From the NCBI GenBank assembly GCA_051294375.1, contig CM119265.1:14732963-14796962 (forward strand): a stretch of 64,000 bases of DNA, given 5' to 3'. Position numbers and translations under genes: made by a program. This DNA comes from Paraspadella gotoi (lineage: Eukaryota; Animalia; Chaetognatha). This document shows positions 27,701-39,838 of this stretch, one piece after another; positions within the stretch are counted from its first letter, which is position 1, and every line of letters begins with the position of its first letter. Below the pieces are notes generated by a model. It searched no databases and was not told the origin of the DNA. It saw only the letters and a list, made by a program, of their open reading frames with translations.

Positions 27701-29269
27701 GCATTTTTTCACCATTTAAATTGCCCCCCCCCTACTCCCCCCCCAACTCCCCCTTTTCCTTCAGTTTTTCGACCTAATTTCGTCTCTGTGCGATTTTCAC
27801 CTCTGCTTCCAAAAAAGTCTTGGATCTCTGATTGAACCTTTCGACCTTTCAGTTGCTCACCGAAGGAAAATCACGTCTCAGCATCAGTCTCGCCTAATGT
27901 TTCGAAAAATAAAATCTACAAGAAGAGTCACCGAAACTGACGAGAAAACAAAATTAACAAATTGAATTTCAAATGTAAATTTCATCGCTGGCACAAAACA
28001 ATCAAAAAAATTAAGTTAGTTTTTAATTGTAACTTCATCTCATGGCAACGAGGCAAAATTCACGTTGCTTTTTCAAGTTTGTGCGAATTATTTGGATACC
28101 AACTTCGACCTCCCTTTCCTCTATTAACAATTGAATATTTATCAAAAATTCCGGTGTTTGGAGCTCGAAAAAAAAAATTCTGAGTCCAAATAAAACTTTT
28201 GTAAAAAAAACTTAATAATGATTTAGAGGCTCTCCTGGTAAAAGTGATAAATACACTAGGTTCTCATCGCCATTTGAATGATATAACCATCTTCAGTTGC
28301 GGGTAAAAAACAAAAAGGTGAGTGGTGCCATTGAAAACCATCTCGAGCCTTACTCCGTTCTCCCTGCCGGGAAAAGCGATGGCGCATACGGCGCCGAGAA
28401 AACCCTCCCCATTTCCGGTGTCAAATAAAAAAGGCCTCCATTTCCGGCGCCGAGGGAAGCGGCATTATTTTCGGCGCCGCGGAAGACAACGTCGTTTGTC
28501 GGGAGACGAAAGGCGCGGCGTCGTTTCCGGTTGCCTCCAGGGGGGGCTTATGTGGGGGCGTGAAGGAGAATACATGCGAACGAGGGAGGTAGGGGGGAGG
28601 AAGAAGTCCTGGCAGCGGTCGTCTCGGTTTCAATGTTCGGAAAAAAAACAAAAGAGTAACAGGTTTTTTATAGTATGTAAACTCAAGATTTCAACTAAAA
28701 TTTGAACAAGTTTGAGATAGGCATGTATAAAAAAGTTTTAATAAGGTGGTATATTAGCGTAATATTGATAAATAAAAATCAATTACGATCAGTTTTAAAC
28801 GTTTCCTGGGACATAAGACGATGTATTTATGATTGATAAAAAAAACATTTTAAAACCTAAAAGGTAAATACACTAAATAGCTCAAATCAAGTAAATTTAT
28901 GGGCGTTAAGATCTGATATTGACATAATCTTCAAAATATATCGAAAGAGTTTCTTCCGACGAGCAATACAGAGTGTTGAGCGGCCTCTGTCGTCACGTTA
29001 AGGCGAACATCAAAACAATTGGCGTCTTTTCTCTTCTTTTTATGGCGAAGGAGAAAATTCGGAAAGGAAAGAGAGAGAGAGGATCGACGTGGGAGAGGAG
29101 GACCTGAGCAGAGAGAGTCGGAATGCGATGATACTTACCCGCACTGATCCGCCGGACGACGAGAGAGAGAGAGAGATCTGTAGAGAGAGAGAGAGAGAGA
29201 GGAGAGAGAGAAGAGAGAGAAGAAGGAGGAGAGAGAGAGAGAGAGAGAGAGAGACATAGAGAGAGAGAA

Positions 29270-29327
<58 letters not shown>

Positions 29328-30268
29328 TTTTTTCCTGGTGAATTCTGGTGATTCGCCAGCGAAAAACCGTTGAAACGTCGTTTTTTAAGGAAGAAGGGAA
29401 AATACACGTTGGCGGAGTTTTTAAGAAAGAAAGTTGCGGTGGGAAAGTAAAGGTTTTAAAACAGGGCAATCCGGGAAGGGCTGAAGTAATAGATAGTAAA
29501 AAAAACAAAAAAAATGTCTTTTTCCAAAACTACTAACTCGATATACAATGCAATTTTTAGAACATTGGGTTGTTACACTGAAGCTTTTAAATATTTATTA
29601 ATATATAACAAATGACAAAACAAATTTGGTTAAAAATAGAAAAAACCTTTAAAAATCATTATCATCATCATCATTAATGGTTGAATTTTATGGTTTTTTA
29701 AAATTTTCATCAATAAAACAAAAAAATTTTAAAGTGCTAACAGAATATATTAAAAAAATTAAGAAATTAAAAAAATTTTTACTCTATATAGTAATAAAAT
29801 AGTTTTTAAATGCTTCCATGCGCTTATATATAAGATAAATCTTAAAACTATTTTCATTTTCATATTCTCTGACAGTCACTTTACCATTATCTATTTGAGA
29901 AAACTTTTAGTTTTCAACCTGTTCCGGCTTTGGAGGCTTGGTGCGAATTAACCCGAGAATTCGGAAAGTTTTCTTTATTAATTTTATTATTCTTTTTTTC
30001 TTTATCTTTTATCTGGGATTACCTGCAAATAAAAAATACGTGCATAAATTGTAAATTGGAAAGATTTCACGATGAAGGCCTATATTCCTAGACAAATGTA
30101 ATGAATTTGCTTTTTATGGCTTATTGTTTTATTTTGAATAAATTCAAATTCAAAATTCTCTCTCTCTCTCTCTCTCGCTCTCTCCTCTCTCTCTCTTCTC
30201 TTCTTCTTTCTCTCTCTCTCTCTTCTCTTTCTCTCTTCTCTTCTCTCCTTTCTCTCTCTCTCTCTCAT

Positions 30269-30313
<45 letters not shown>

Positions 30314-30529
30314 TTCTCTCTCTCTCAAAATTATTTGCGACTTCGTACTGCGTTTCATTTGTAGACGAAAAAGTATTTTCGAGAAAGACAATGCGATGGT
30401 TTTTGTCGCAAAGAAAAGAGCCCAAGATCATCACCATTATCTAATCTTTCGCAAACTTATATTCGAGAGAGCACTTGGCTTCGTGGGTTGGTAAGGAAAT
30501 AGAAGATACATACGTAGAAAGAGAGAAAG

Positions 30530-30531
30530 AG

Positions 30532-30622
<91 letters not shown>
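30530..30622. repeat. (GAAA)n microsatellite
   Basis: Long, nearly pure gaaa run. Confidence 0.95.
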
Positions 30623-31168
30623 AAAAGGAAAAGAAAAGAAAAGTAAAATTAATATAAACGAGTGTAGAATCGAAACATCATTAATTAACCAACTCCAAAA
30701 TTCTTTTCAAAACTGCTGAGTGTATTGAGTGGAAGTCATTATGACTAAAAAAAAAAAAGAAAAAAAACTTAATAAGTGCTTCGAGGATAAAAAAAAAGTA
30801 AGGAAGATTCATAGCTTCAGGCGACGAAAAAAAAGGTGAGACCCGGGAGGCAAAATCATTAGTGGGAAAAAGCTACGTGATTATAATCGGATAATTGTTC
30901 TAAAAGAATATGAGTAAGTTTTATTGAGAGAGAGAAAAAGAGAGAGAGAAGAGAGAGAGAGAGAGGAGAGAAAGAGAGAGAGAGAGAGAGAGAAGAGAGA
31001 AGGAGAGAGAGAGGAGAAGAGAGAGAGAGAGAGAGAGAAACGAGAAGAGAGAGAGAAAGAGAGAGAGAAGAGAGAGGAGAGAGAAGAGAGAGAGAAGAGA
31101 AGAGAGAAAGAGAGAGAGAGAAAGAGAGAGAGAAAGAATCAACACGGAGAAAATTATAAATTACTCAC

Positions 31169-31204
31169 CCGTCAATACTCAAAACTATGTACATTGAAAC
31201 AGAC
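31169..31204 (-). other. Candidate 36-nt micro-exon of an unknown host gene
   Basis: The minus strand reads tttcAG|gtctgtttcaatgtacatagttttgagtattgacgg|GTgagt. One frame is open (SVSMYIVLSID). Confidence 0.3.
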
Positions 31205-31499
31205 CTGAAATTAACTGTTAGTTATTTTCTTCAGACAGCAAAAACGACAGCAAAAATAAACCAAAAGAGACGACGACAGTGAGGACAATTAAATTTTAAT
31301 GGCGGGCGACGCAGGATGCCCGTTGCACGCGGGGCGGTGAATCGAACGAAATTAAAAAAGAAAACTTGTCTTTTCGGACGGAAGATTTACAAAGTCCTGA
31401 AACATATATTTTTTTCTTGACGAAGATTAATACATTTGATCTCTGGCGATTGCACAAAAAAAAGACGAGGTAATACTTTTTTTCCATTTTGACTGAGCC

Positions 31500-31500
31500 T

Positions 31501-31553
<53 letters not shown>
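31500..31553. repeat. (GCC)n trinucleotide repeat
   Basis: Pure ccg/gcc run. Confidence 0.95.
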
Positions 31554-31555
<2 letters not shown>

Positions 31556-33009
31556 GGCCTTCATCGAAAGATAAAAGATCGAAAAAACGCCGCTAATCGC
31601 GATTTCGTGCCTTTTTTTTCGATCGTCAACCGAAGGAAAAAAAAAATTCATCGCTTTGATCTTTTTTCGAACAGAGAGTGAGACGAGATTGTGCCCAGCG
31701 ATGAAAGGGAAGAGGGTGGCGCCGGGTTCGTAAATCGCGCGCGAGCCTTCGGACCGCGCCGATTTTCGACAGATGGCGCGGAATGGCGTCGGCGGCCCCG
31801 GTTTGAGCAAGGCTGCATGCTCTGAACTATGAGAAAGATGACGTTCGTCCGGTTATTTCATTAAAAAAAAAATTCAAATAACGAGTTAACTTTTTTTCTC
31901 GTTTTTATCGTCAGCTCGAGGCGATGAAAAGAATTCGATAAATGAGCAATCATCTCTTTTTTCTTTTTTTTTAAATTTTAATAACTAAAAAGGTCCGCAT
32001 TAATAACTGAACAAATGTTTTTTTTTTTATTGATTTTGTTATTTATTATTAATATCACTTAAAAGTAATTTGATTCTATTTTTTATTTCGTCATTGTTCA
32101 ATGAGCCATATACTCTTCCAGAAAATAATAACAAAACATACTCCCATTAGTAGTTATTGTAGTGAAACCCATTGACCTTCTTTAAATTCGGAACTATTTT
32201 TAAAAAAGCGATAAAATACAAAACGAAATTAGAAATCAAAAAGTAACATACAAAAACCCAATTATGCTGTCACGCTTCAAAGACCGACCATTAACTTTTT
32301 TTTTTCGGTTAAAATTTTTTAATCGGTAAGTTTTTATCAAATTAAAAGCGAAAAGAAAATGATCGTCCATTTTTTTAATAAAAAAATCCTGTCAAAGTTT
32401 TTCTTTCGTTGAGTTGATTTATTATATTTGAATAGACAAATGAACGCCCATCATTTAGCATTGAATTCAGATAATAATTCATTATTAAATCAATACTTTC
32501 TCATCTTTTATTAAAAAATGGTATCGGCTTTAAATTGAGGTTTTCCATCGAGTAATTTATTCTTTTCTTATACTTTAACCTCATGGCAAGGGAAAGGAAA
32601 CTCTTTTTTTCTCCAGTAAACAAGCGAGCTTGCACTTGTAGGGAAACTAAGGAAATGGCAACGAGGATGAACTATCACCAACTAAAAATCTTTTTTGTAC
32701 CGTTTTAGCGCTTATCGTAGCTCATGTACTCCCGTGACCAGTTTGGTGTAACTTAATCGACGTATTCCTTGTTACGGTCGTCGTCGACGTCTCTCGTTCG
32801 GCCACCAATGACGCTTATGTTCTTAATTGAAAGTTTGTGTAATTTTTAGTCTACTGCATAACGAGATTCGCCGTTTGAAAAATGATTGCGCCCCCCCCCC
32901 CCATTTCCACGAGATTTCGATCTGAAATTAACAAGTTTGAGCAAACGATATCGGATCTGATCACGACAATCTAGCGGTAAGCAGCTAATCAAAAAAATTA
33001 TTATATCGT

Positions 33010-33470
33010 GAGCGTTCTGGCTTAGTCTAATTCCCGTAAAATATAAGAAAGTTCGATGTGACACAAAAGCGAGAGTTTATTTCACAAGTTTAATCATCAG
33101 CAAGAATAATAGAGGTAAGTTCAAAATGCTCTTTCTTTTGCGAGCCTAGAAACTAGAATGGATCTCCTACAAAGCTTCTCTCTACTTTCTACTACAATGT
33201 TTTGGTGCCTTTACCCACCATAGTCCCAGGCTTCTCTCCCATTGGCCCTTTTTCCAACCTCCCCAATCCTTCTTCTTCCTTCCAATGTGGCCATGGCCTT
33301 TATTGCAGTCATAGAGTTTTGGGTGAGGTCTTTGTCGGTCCTGGTGAGGCGGCCTCGGTTTCTGCTGGCTTGTTGGCTTCCCGCCGAGAGTGGAGATGAG
33401 AGAGGGAGAGAGATGGTGAGGGGAGAGATGCAGCTGGCTGCGTTGCATATGCTTCCTCGATATCGTTTTG
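33010..33470 (-). repeat. Putative 3' LTR of the minus-strand env-Gypsy copy; left boundary uncertain
   Basis: It follows a G-run PPT-like tract (33471-33478, minus strand) downstream of env. 33194-33460 is repeated at 39561-39820. It carries aataaactct, like the putative LTR at ~51878. Confidence 0.55.
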
Positions 33471-33479
33471 CCCCCCCGC

Positions 33480-35513
33480 TACCATCGGCGAAACGGCGGG
33501 TTATCCGCCTTGCTGAGCCTAGTTCGGCTTCCGCGTCCTATGAACTGCAATCAATTCGTTTATTGCCCCTCTGCTCCTCGGATTTTTGCCATGCGCGCAT
33601 TGATTAGCTTGCCAGCAGCAGAACAGAAGCACATCCGATGTGAGAAGAACTGCAAGTCTAACGCGATGAGTGGGGCAAATCGTGTGAAATTTATCCACCA
33701 TTTTGTGAGGCGGGATATCTGCCAGAAAAATGGATTTGAAAAGCCGGAGAGCTGGTGATTCCGGCGTGATTTCCCCCACGCGTTCGTTGAACTCTTGTGC
33801 TTGCCCTGTGATATTTCCCGTGCATGTCCATGCAACATGGCCGACGTCGTCGTATCGACGCTAAGTGTTCGATCTTGGTCACTGGATCATTTTTCGGTTT
33901 GGTAGCGAGGTTTGATAGGGTCGCATATTTTTTGAAAGGCGGTTCCCCTTTGCGTCACGTAACCCTTGGCCGATTTCGTAGGACTTAGGTTGCTCGGTCA
34001 CATGGTGTTCGTACGACGTTGCTTACGGACATGTGGAAAGATCGCGAGCGAAGGCTGCTCGGACCCCTGTAGTTGAATTGGTTAGATCTTGCCAGCTTCT
34101 TCTGTTTTTCTTGTTGGGAGCGTAGCTTCTTCTGCAGTCTGCCGTGCGATAGTACTTCGCCCCTGAGACCGCTAATCTTTCCTCGCGATCGCAGAACGTG
34201 TGAGCCGGTGAATCTTGTGCGCTCTGCATCCCGGCTGCGCGTCTGACTTCTTTTGCTCGAGTACTGCATGTTTCGTGCCGGTTAATGCGGTCTGTATGAG
34301 CCGATTTAGTTTCGTTGGTTTCTTTCAGCCAGTTTTCGAGCCGATTTCGTTCTTTTAGCTGCTTTGCATGGCGGCTATCCATCTCTTTTTACGTCCTTGC
34401 TGGGGTTCGTTGTGCTGCGAGTAGTAGAATGCTCTAGGCGACGTTGAGTTTTGCGGGTAAAAAGTCACATCCTTTTATTTTCACCACTCTCGCCTGGTGT
34501 TGAATTGAGGACGAAAAGAAATATTTGTTCTTCCTCCGCAGAATTTATCGTGTGCATCGCCCGTACGTTTGCGGGCTTGCTTTCGCATTAAATGGCGGCG
34601 CATTGTTCCAGCAGTTTCCCGCGAAATTTGCTTTGTCGGGATTTTCGCATTCGCGATTGTCTTATCCTTGCACGGGCCGAGTGTCTCATTATGTCCGCCG
34701 TCGTGACGATCGGACTGATGCCATCCTTCATTGGTGGAATGACCGGTCCTTTGTCGAACGCGATTACTGCTCGACATTTGGGGTATAGTCCATGCGAGAG
34801 GGACGGGGCCTTTCCTGGGATAGTGGCAATTCTGTTCTGCTGCGCTGCATCGTCAGTTTTTGAGCGGAATTTCTTCTGCAACTCTGACCTTGCGTTGTTA
34901 CAGTGTTAGGTTGAGATTAACTTTGCATTTTTCTGACTCGTAATGTTGTTTCGTGAGGAAACGGAATTTTTCTCCTGTGCCAGTAGCCCGTCTGCGTCGG
35001 TTGTTCGAACATTGTGTGGGTTATAATGTTGTTGCGCCGCTCGTTCCTTCCATTTCAATGGAAACTAGATGCTCCTTTTGTCGCCTTACTCTGATTGGTT
35101 AGGCTTTGCACGACCTTCTTTCCTTCGTTGGAGGTCGAGCCCACCCGTTTTTTTTTTTTTGCCGGAAGTGAGAAGTGTTCAAACCACGTCGATGTTGGTA
35201 GGGATGTTCCATCGTCTCAGCATATTTTCCGAGTATGCCACGGATGGTTAAATCACTATCCGTTTTGCGTTATGTTGTTCGTCATCGGGATAAAAGGAGA
35301 CCGCGTTCTGCCGTAATCTTCCCGTTTTTTCCGCTTTGCTCGCACGCGGCCGTTTAACTTGTCGCGGCGTGATTTTCAGTGGAGTTCAGTCAAAAAACCT
35401 TTCACTCGTCTTGCTAATGGCTTCCGATGATCTTCATCTTGGGTTAGTTGTTCGATTATTCCCTTAGTATTTCGCAAAGGCAAAAGTATGGAGAAATAAT
35501 TCGCGGTATTCAT
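33480..35513 (-). pseudogene. env: Second env-like glycoprotein gene (noisy, many frameshifts)
   Basis: ATG at 35513 (MNTANYFSILL). FYPDDEQH matches FHPDDLEH, TTDADG is identical, CRAVIA..KDGI..VTTADI matches CRAVVG..QDGI..VSEADI, ETCSTRAKEVR matches ELCVTRAREAR, and FNERVGEITPESP matches FNERLGEITAGSP. Confidence 0.8.
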
Positions 35514-38500
35514 TTTTTTTTTTTGTTTCGAGCTTCGATCGATTTTTCTTAGCCTTCGAGTGAATGATTGCATTTTTTTTTTTTTGTTTGTGGGTTCTTT
35601 CTTCCGCTTGTCTCTCATCGTTCGTTTGTCGTCGTCGCTTCTTCGATCTCTTCATCGGCGAGATTTTTCTCGCTTGTTTTGCCTCTTCTTTCTTTCTCTT
35701 TTCTTGGCACGAGGAGAGAGATTTTGTGATGTTTTAAGCGATCGTTAATCGGTGACGGACGACCGATTTCGTTTAGGTTATGTGGGTGATATGATTTCTT
35801 AATTCTGCTAAGGTCTAATTGTTTTTACCTACGTCAATGTTTATCTATTCGAATCTATTACACTACTTTTTATTTTTCACTGAGGACTTGCCTGCTATGT
35901 TTCTGAATGTTGCGCGAGTCTCCGCCTGTCGCCTTTAGTCTCCGCCTGTGGTAGTGAAGGCTGACTGTCCAGCGATTTCAATGAATGAAATGATTTCTTC
36001 CATTACATCATACTTGATGGAGGGCCTGTGTAGATAGTTTTACTGTTTTGCCGTGGACTGCTACGCCTGTGGTCGAATTAATCAACGCCTGACGTAGAAC
36101 TCGATCGCCTGCCTTTATCTTTTTTGGCGTCTCTGAATCGATTTATGCTTTTGCCTGTTCTGTGTTCTTATTTTTATTCTTTTGTTTCGTGCGATCTTTT
36201 TTGCGCATTTTCATTGTCTTGTCGGCCCGTAGCCTTGCATAGTCGGCCAGGCCATCGTACTTTGGTTGCCTCATCCGCGTTTCGACTATCCTTGGCCTAT
36301 TTCCGAACTGGATCTCATGCGGCTCATTGTCTGTTTTCAGCCTGTGATTGGAGTTGAGTTGACCATTAGCCAGCTGTGCGGTAGTTTCCTTGCAGCCAGG
36401 GCGCTTGCTCGTTCGTCCAGGGCATTTTCTGAGCGCTTGTCGTATTCGGCCTATGTTCTTCTTCTGCCCTATTGCTGTTTTCTTTCTAGAACGAGAGTTC
36501 TTCTGCCACTTCATGGTCGAGTAGATCGGAGGTATGCTTCTTCATCTCTTCTGCCGTTAGAATAGAATGTTGCCCATCGAAGTTTGTACTTCTAAGTAGC
36601 CTTCCATTGGCATTGAAAAATATTTTTATCTAAAGCTGCGATCTATGTTGTGGTGCATCTGTGCCGCCGTATCGGTAGCGCCCAGGTGTAGGCTGGGCAT
36701 ATTGAATGCCAACTACGACGTGGCTGATGCCTCCACTGGGGGGAGATTGCATAACGTCTATGTGCACAATGATTCCTCATGCGTTGATTTGCGATGGTTG
36801 GAGTGGGATCTGTCTCATTTAAAAGTGCATTTTCATCGGTGTCGTCTACATAAGTTCGCGCAGTTTAGTACTTACATTTGCGCAGGTGCCGCTCACCATT
36901 TGCGGTGCTGCAACGTATTGGGAGACAAGATAGGCTGATCATGTCTCGTCCGGGGTAGGCCGAGTTCTGATGAATCTTTTCGACGACTTCCCTAAGGTTT
37001 TATTCTTGGAAGCATGTATCTTGTGGCATCGGTATGTTGTCCTTTGTATCCCTACTGATGTCAGAGGATTCCTTCTCTCGTGTTGATGCTGGAGGTCGTC
37101 GGTGTTTTCATTAATGAAATTGTGTTGGCGTAAAGAGCTTTTCTTTGTCGCTGATGCAAGATGTAGTGCGGAGGCCATCGCCATCCGGTGATTTTCGTAT
37201 ATTATTTTTGCGGATTTGATGTCCCTCATTCTTCGTTGTTGCCATCTTTTTATGTCTTCTCTTTGAGCGGAAGTAACTGTTTAGTTCCGGCTGCGAGTGC
37301 GAAAGGTTTTCTTCCTCTTCTAGGTCAACCGGTCTACTTCGTGGACGCTCCCGCTGGCAGCATGTCTGGGCGTATTTCCACTCTTATTTCTATATGTCTC
37401 GTCTATTCGCCGTCTAGCGTCTTCTGGGTGGCGAGCGTGTTCTACTCGGGTTGGCCGCCCGGGTTTTGTTTGTCGCTTTCGCGTGGTTGAGCCGTTCTGG
37501 CGTTCGTCCATGATCCTTCTGGCGAAACCGGTTGGCTCAGCTTCTGGTGCAATTTCTCGGTGCATCACGTGAGCTGTCGGGTTTGATTCTCGGCGTTGAG
37601 CGATCTTTCCTATATACGGGATGGTTTGCTCGGTTGACGACGCGCGTTGATTGCTGGAGTTTGTCTGCGTGGCGCGTTTAGCGCCACTTCCAGGTTGTCA
37701 TTTGCCCTCTGGAGTCGGGTGCGCTGCTGACCTTTACTATCGAGGCTTGTTTCTGTGCGGTGCTTGACCGCTTGCTTTGTTTGTTTGGCGTTGGCTTGGC
37801 CGAAGATTGCAGTGGATAATATCTGTGTCTGGGGGTAGCATCTCTTGTTCTCTCGCCGTGTGCAGGCTGGTGCCAATGCAGGTCCCTCAGCGGTTTGTTT
37901 TGCTTGGCTGGTCCGTAGCCGGTATTTCGTATTCCGTCGCTAATTGTGTCTCTGTTAGGACCTTTATGTTCTTTTTTTTCTTCCATGTTGCTGGTTCTTA
38001 TCATTCTTAGTAGCGCCGGCTTGTGTCACTTGATTAGCGAGGCCTTTGTCCCGTTGTTGTTCTGAAAAAATTTTTATTTCACGCTGGTTTTTTCTCCGCA
38101 TATACTTCTCGAATTTGCATCCTGTTGGCGTTTAGAGTCTTCGTCGAGTAGTTTTTATGCAGATATTGCCTGTCATGTCGGCTAGCGCTTTCTAGTTCAG
38201 TGGTGACCGAGGGTTCCAATCTTTTGCTGAGATTGCTTCTGATGTAGGTGCTCGATGTCTTTTTGTTTCGTGTTCCATAGATGCTTGCGGATGTTTTCTT
38301 TTTTTGTCGTTGAAGTTTTTTAACGTATTTTGAAGAAATTTGTTCTGAGAGCCTTTTCGTCCATCTCTAGCTGCAGCGCAGTGTATGCTCAGTGTCGGGC
38401 GCGCCTCCAACTGCAATTCGAGGGTCCTGGCGACATGCCTCTCGCTGATTGGTCTTCACAAGAGCCTGTTGTATTCCCATCGACGTCAATCCTGCGGCAG

Positions 38501-39100
38501 AAGGCAGTGTCGAGCGGGAGTTATTATTTCCTTGTCGTGAATAGGAGATAAGAAAATCCGCTGGAGATTGTCCCGCTTATTACTAGTACAACCTCGTTGG
38601 ATCACCTTGTAATTTATATCTACAAGGTTAATCCACTCAGTAATACATAATGTTAGAGATATAAATTGTTGTCGAGAATAATCGATGTGCAATCCATTAA
38701 CTCCTTTTAAAGTAACTCGGTAGTCTGTGACATAAATTGACTACTTCTCAACCACAGTGTATAAGCCCTATGAATTTCATTAATCATGCTTAAACGAACC
38801 TAGGGTTCTCGAGGTATGAGTATTATGTGCATTAATCCTGTACTCTTCGGGAAGAGTCAAATTGAGTGGTGAAGGCAAAATGGGTATTCTATTCCCGTTT
38901 GCTAGTCAGCAGGTTTATAGGCCTCACCATGGCGCTAGGTACTCGGTCCGCATAGATCCTGTATTACGCCGTTTTTTGATTTTTGCGTTCATTAGAAATT
39001 TATCACCTAGGCGTAGACTATTATTTCTGCAAATAACCAGGCACGTTCTAACGCTGCGCGATTTATTCTTCGAACTTTAAATCGCTTTTGTCGATAGTCC
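33480..39100 (-). mobile_element. Heavily indel-garbled paralog of the env-bearing Gypsy element (RNase H, OTU-like, integrase, env)
   Basis: Minus-strand peptide fragments are collinear with the + copy: YRIYAD/FPEEYRI (~38830-38960), DNPADF-like (~38545-38570), LGHPELEALADMTG-like (~38160-38220), AYLVSQYVAAP and CxxC (~36840-36940), then env motifs. Confidence 0.85.
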
Positions 39101-39394
39101 AAAAAAAAAAAAAATGAAAAGAACAGAAATAGAAAAAAAGAAAAAACAAAAAATATAGAGAGACCGAACGAATAAAAAAGGAAAACATGAGAGAAGAAAA
39201 TAATATAAAAATCAGGTCATAAAAAAATAGTAGAAATAAAGATACTATAATATAGCGAGAATATAATTCCAATAATATATATAAGAATTCACCAAATCAA
39301 AGAGATGTATAAAATACAAAATAAATAATACAATATAAAATCTACATATCCAAATATATATATATATATATATTATAATATATATATATATATA

Positions 39395-39433
<39 letters not shown>

Positions 39434-39560
39434 ATATATATAATAATATATATATATAATNNNNNNNNNNNNNNNNNNNNNNNNNNNNNNNNNNNNNNNN
39501 NNNNNNNNNNNNNNNNNNNNNNNNNNNNNNNNNNNNNNNNNNNNNNNNNNNNNNNNNNNN

Positions 39561-39825
39561 ACAATGTTTGGTCCTTTTAACCCACCAAGTTCCAGGCTTT
39601 CTCCCCATTGGCCCTTTTGCCAACCTCCCCAATCCTCTTCTTCCTTCAATTGGCCCATGGCCTTTATTGCAGTCATAGAGTTTGGGTGAGGTCTTTGTTC
39701 GTCCTGGTGAGGCGGGCCTCGGTTTCATGCTGGCTTGTTGGCTTCCCGCCGAGAGTGGAGAGAGAGAGGGAGAGAGATGTAGGGGAGAGATGCAGCTGGC
39801 TGCCTGCATGCTCCTCGTATACGTT
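39561..39825 (-). repeat. Partial 3' LTR of the deleted third Gypsy copy (truncated by a 100-N gap)
   Basis: Direct repeat of 33194-33460. Confidence 0.65.
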
Positions 39826-39838
39826 TATGATATTTATG

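Noticed and set aside
1-32000. Many ORFs with poly-ER/SL/F/K runs
   Set aside because: These are translations of GA/CT microsatellites and poly-A/T tracts, with no protein motifs.
33194-39820. Direct repeats 33194-33460 and 39561-39820 read as the 5' and 3' LTRs of one element
   Set aside because: The interior lacks gag/PR/RT and ends in AT junk plus a gap. Both repeats sit at the 3' end of separate minus-strand copies.
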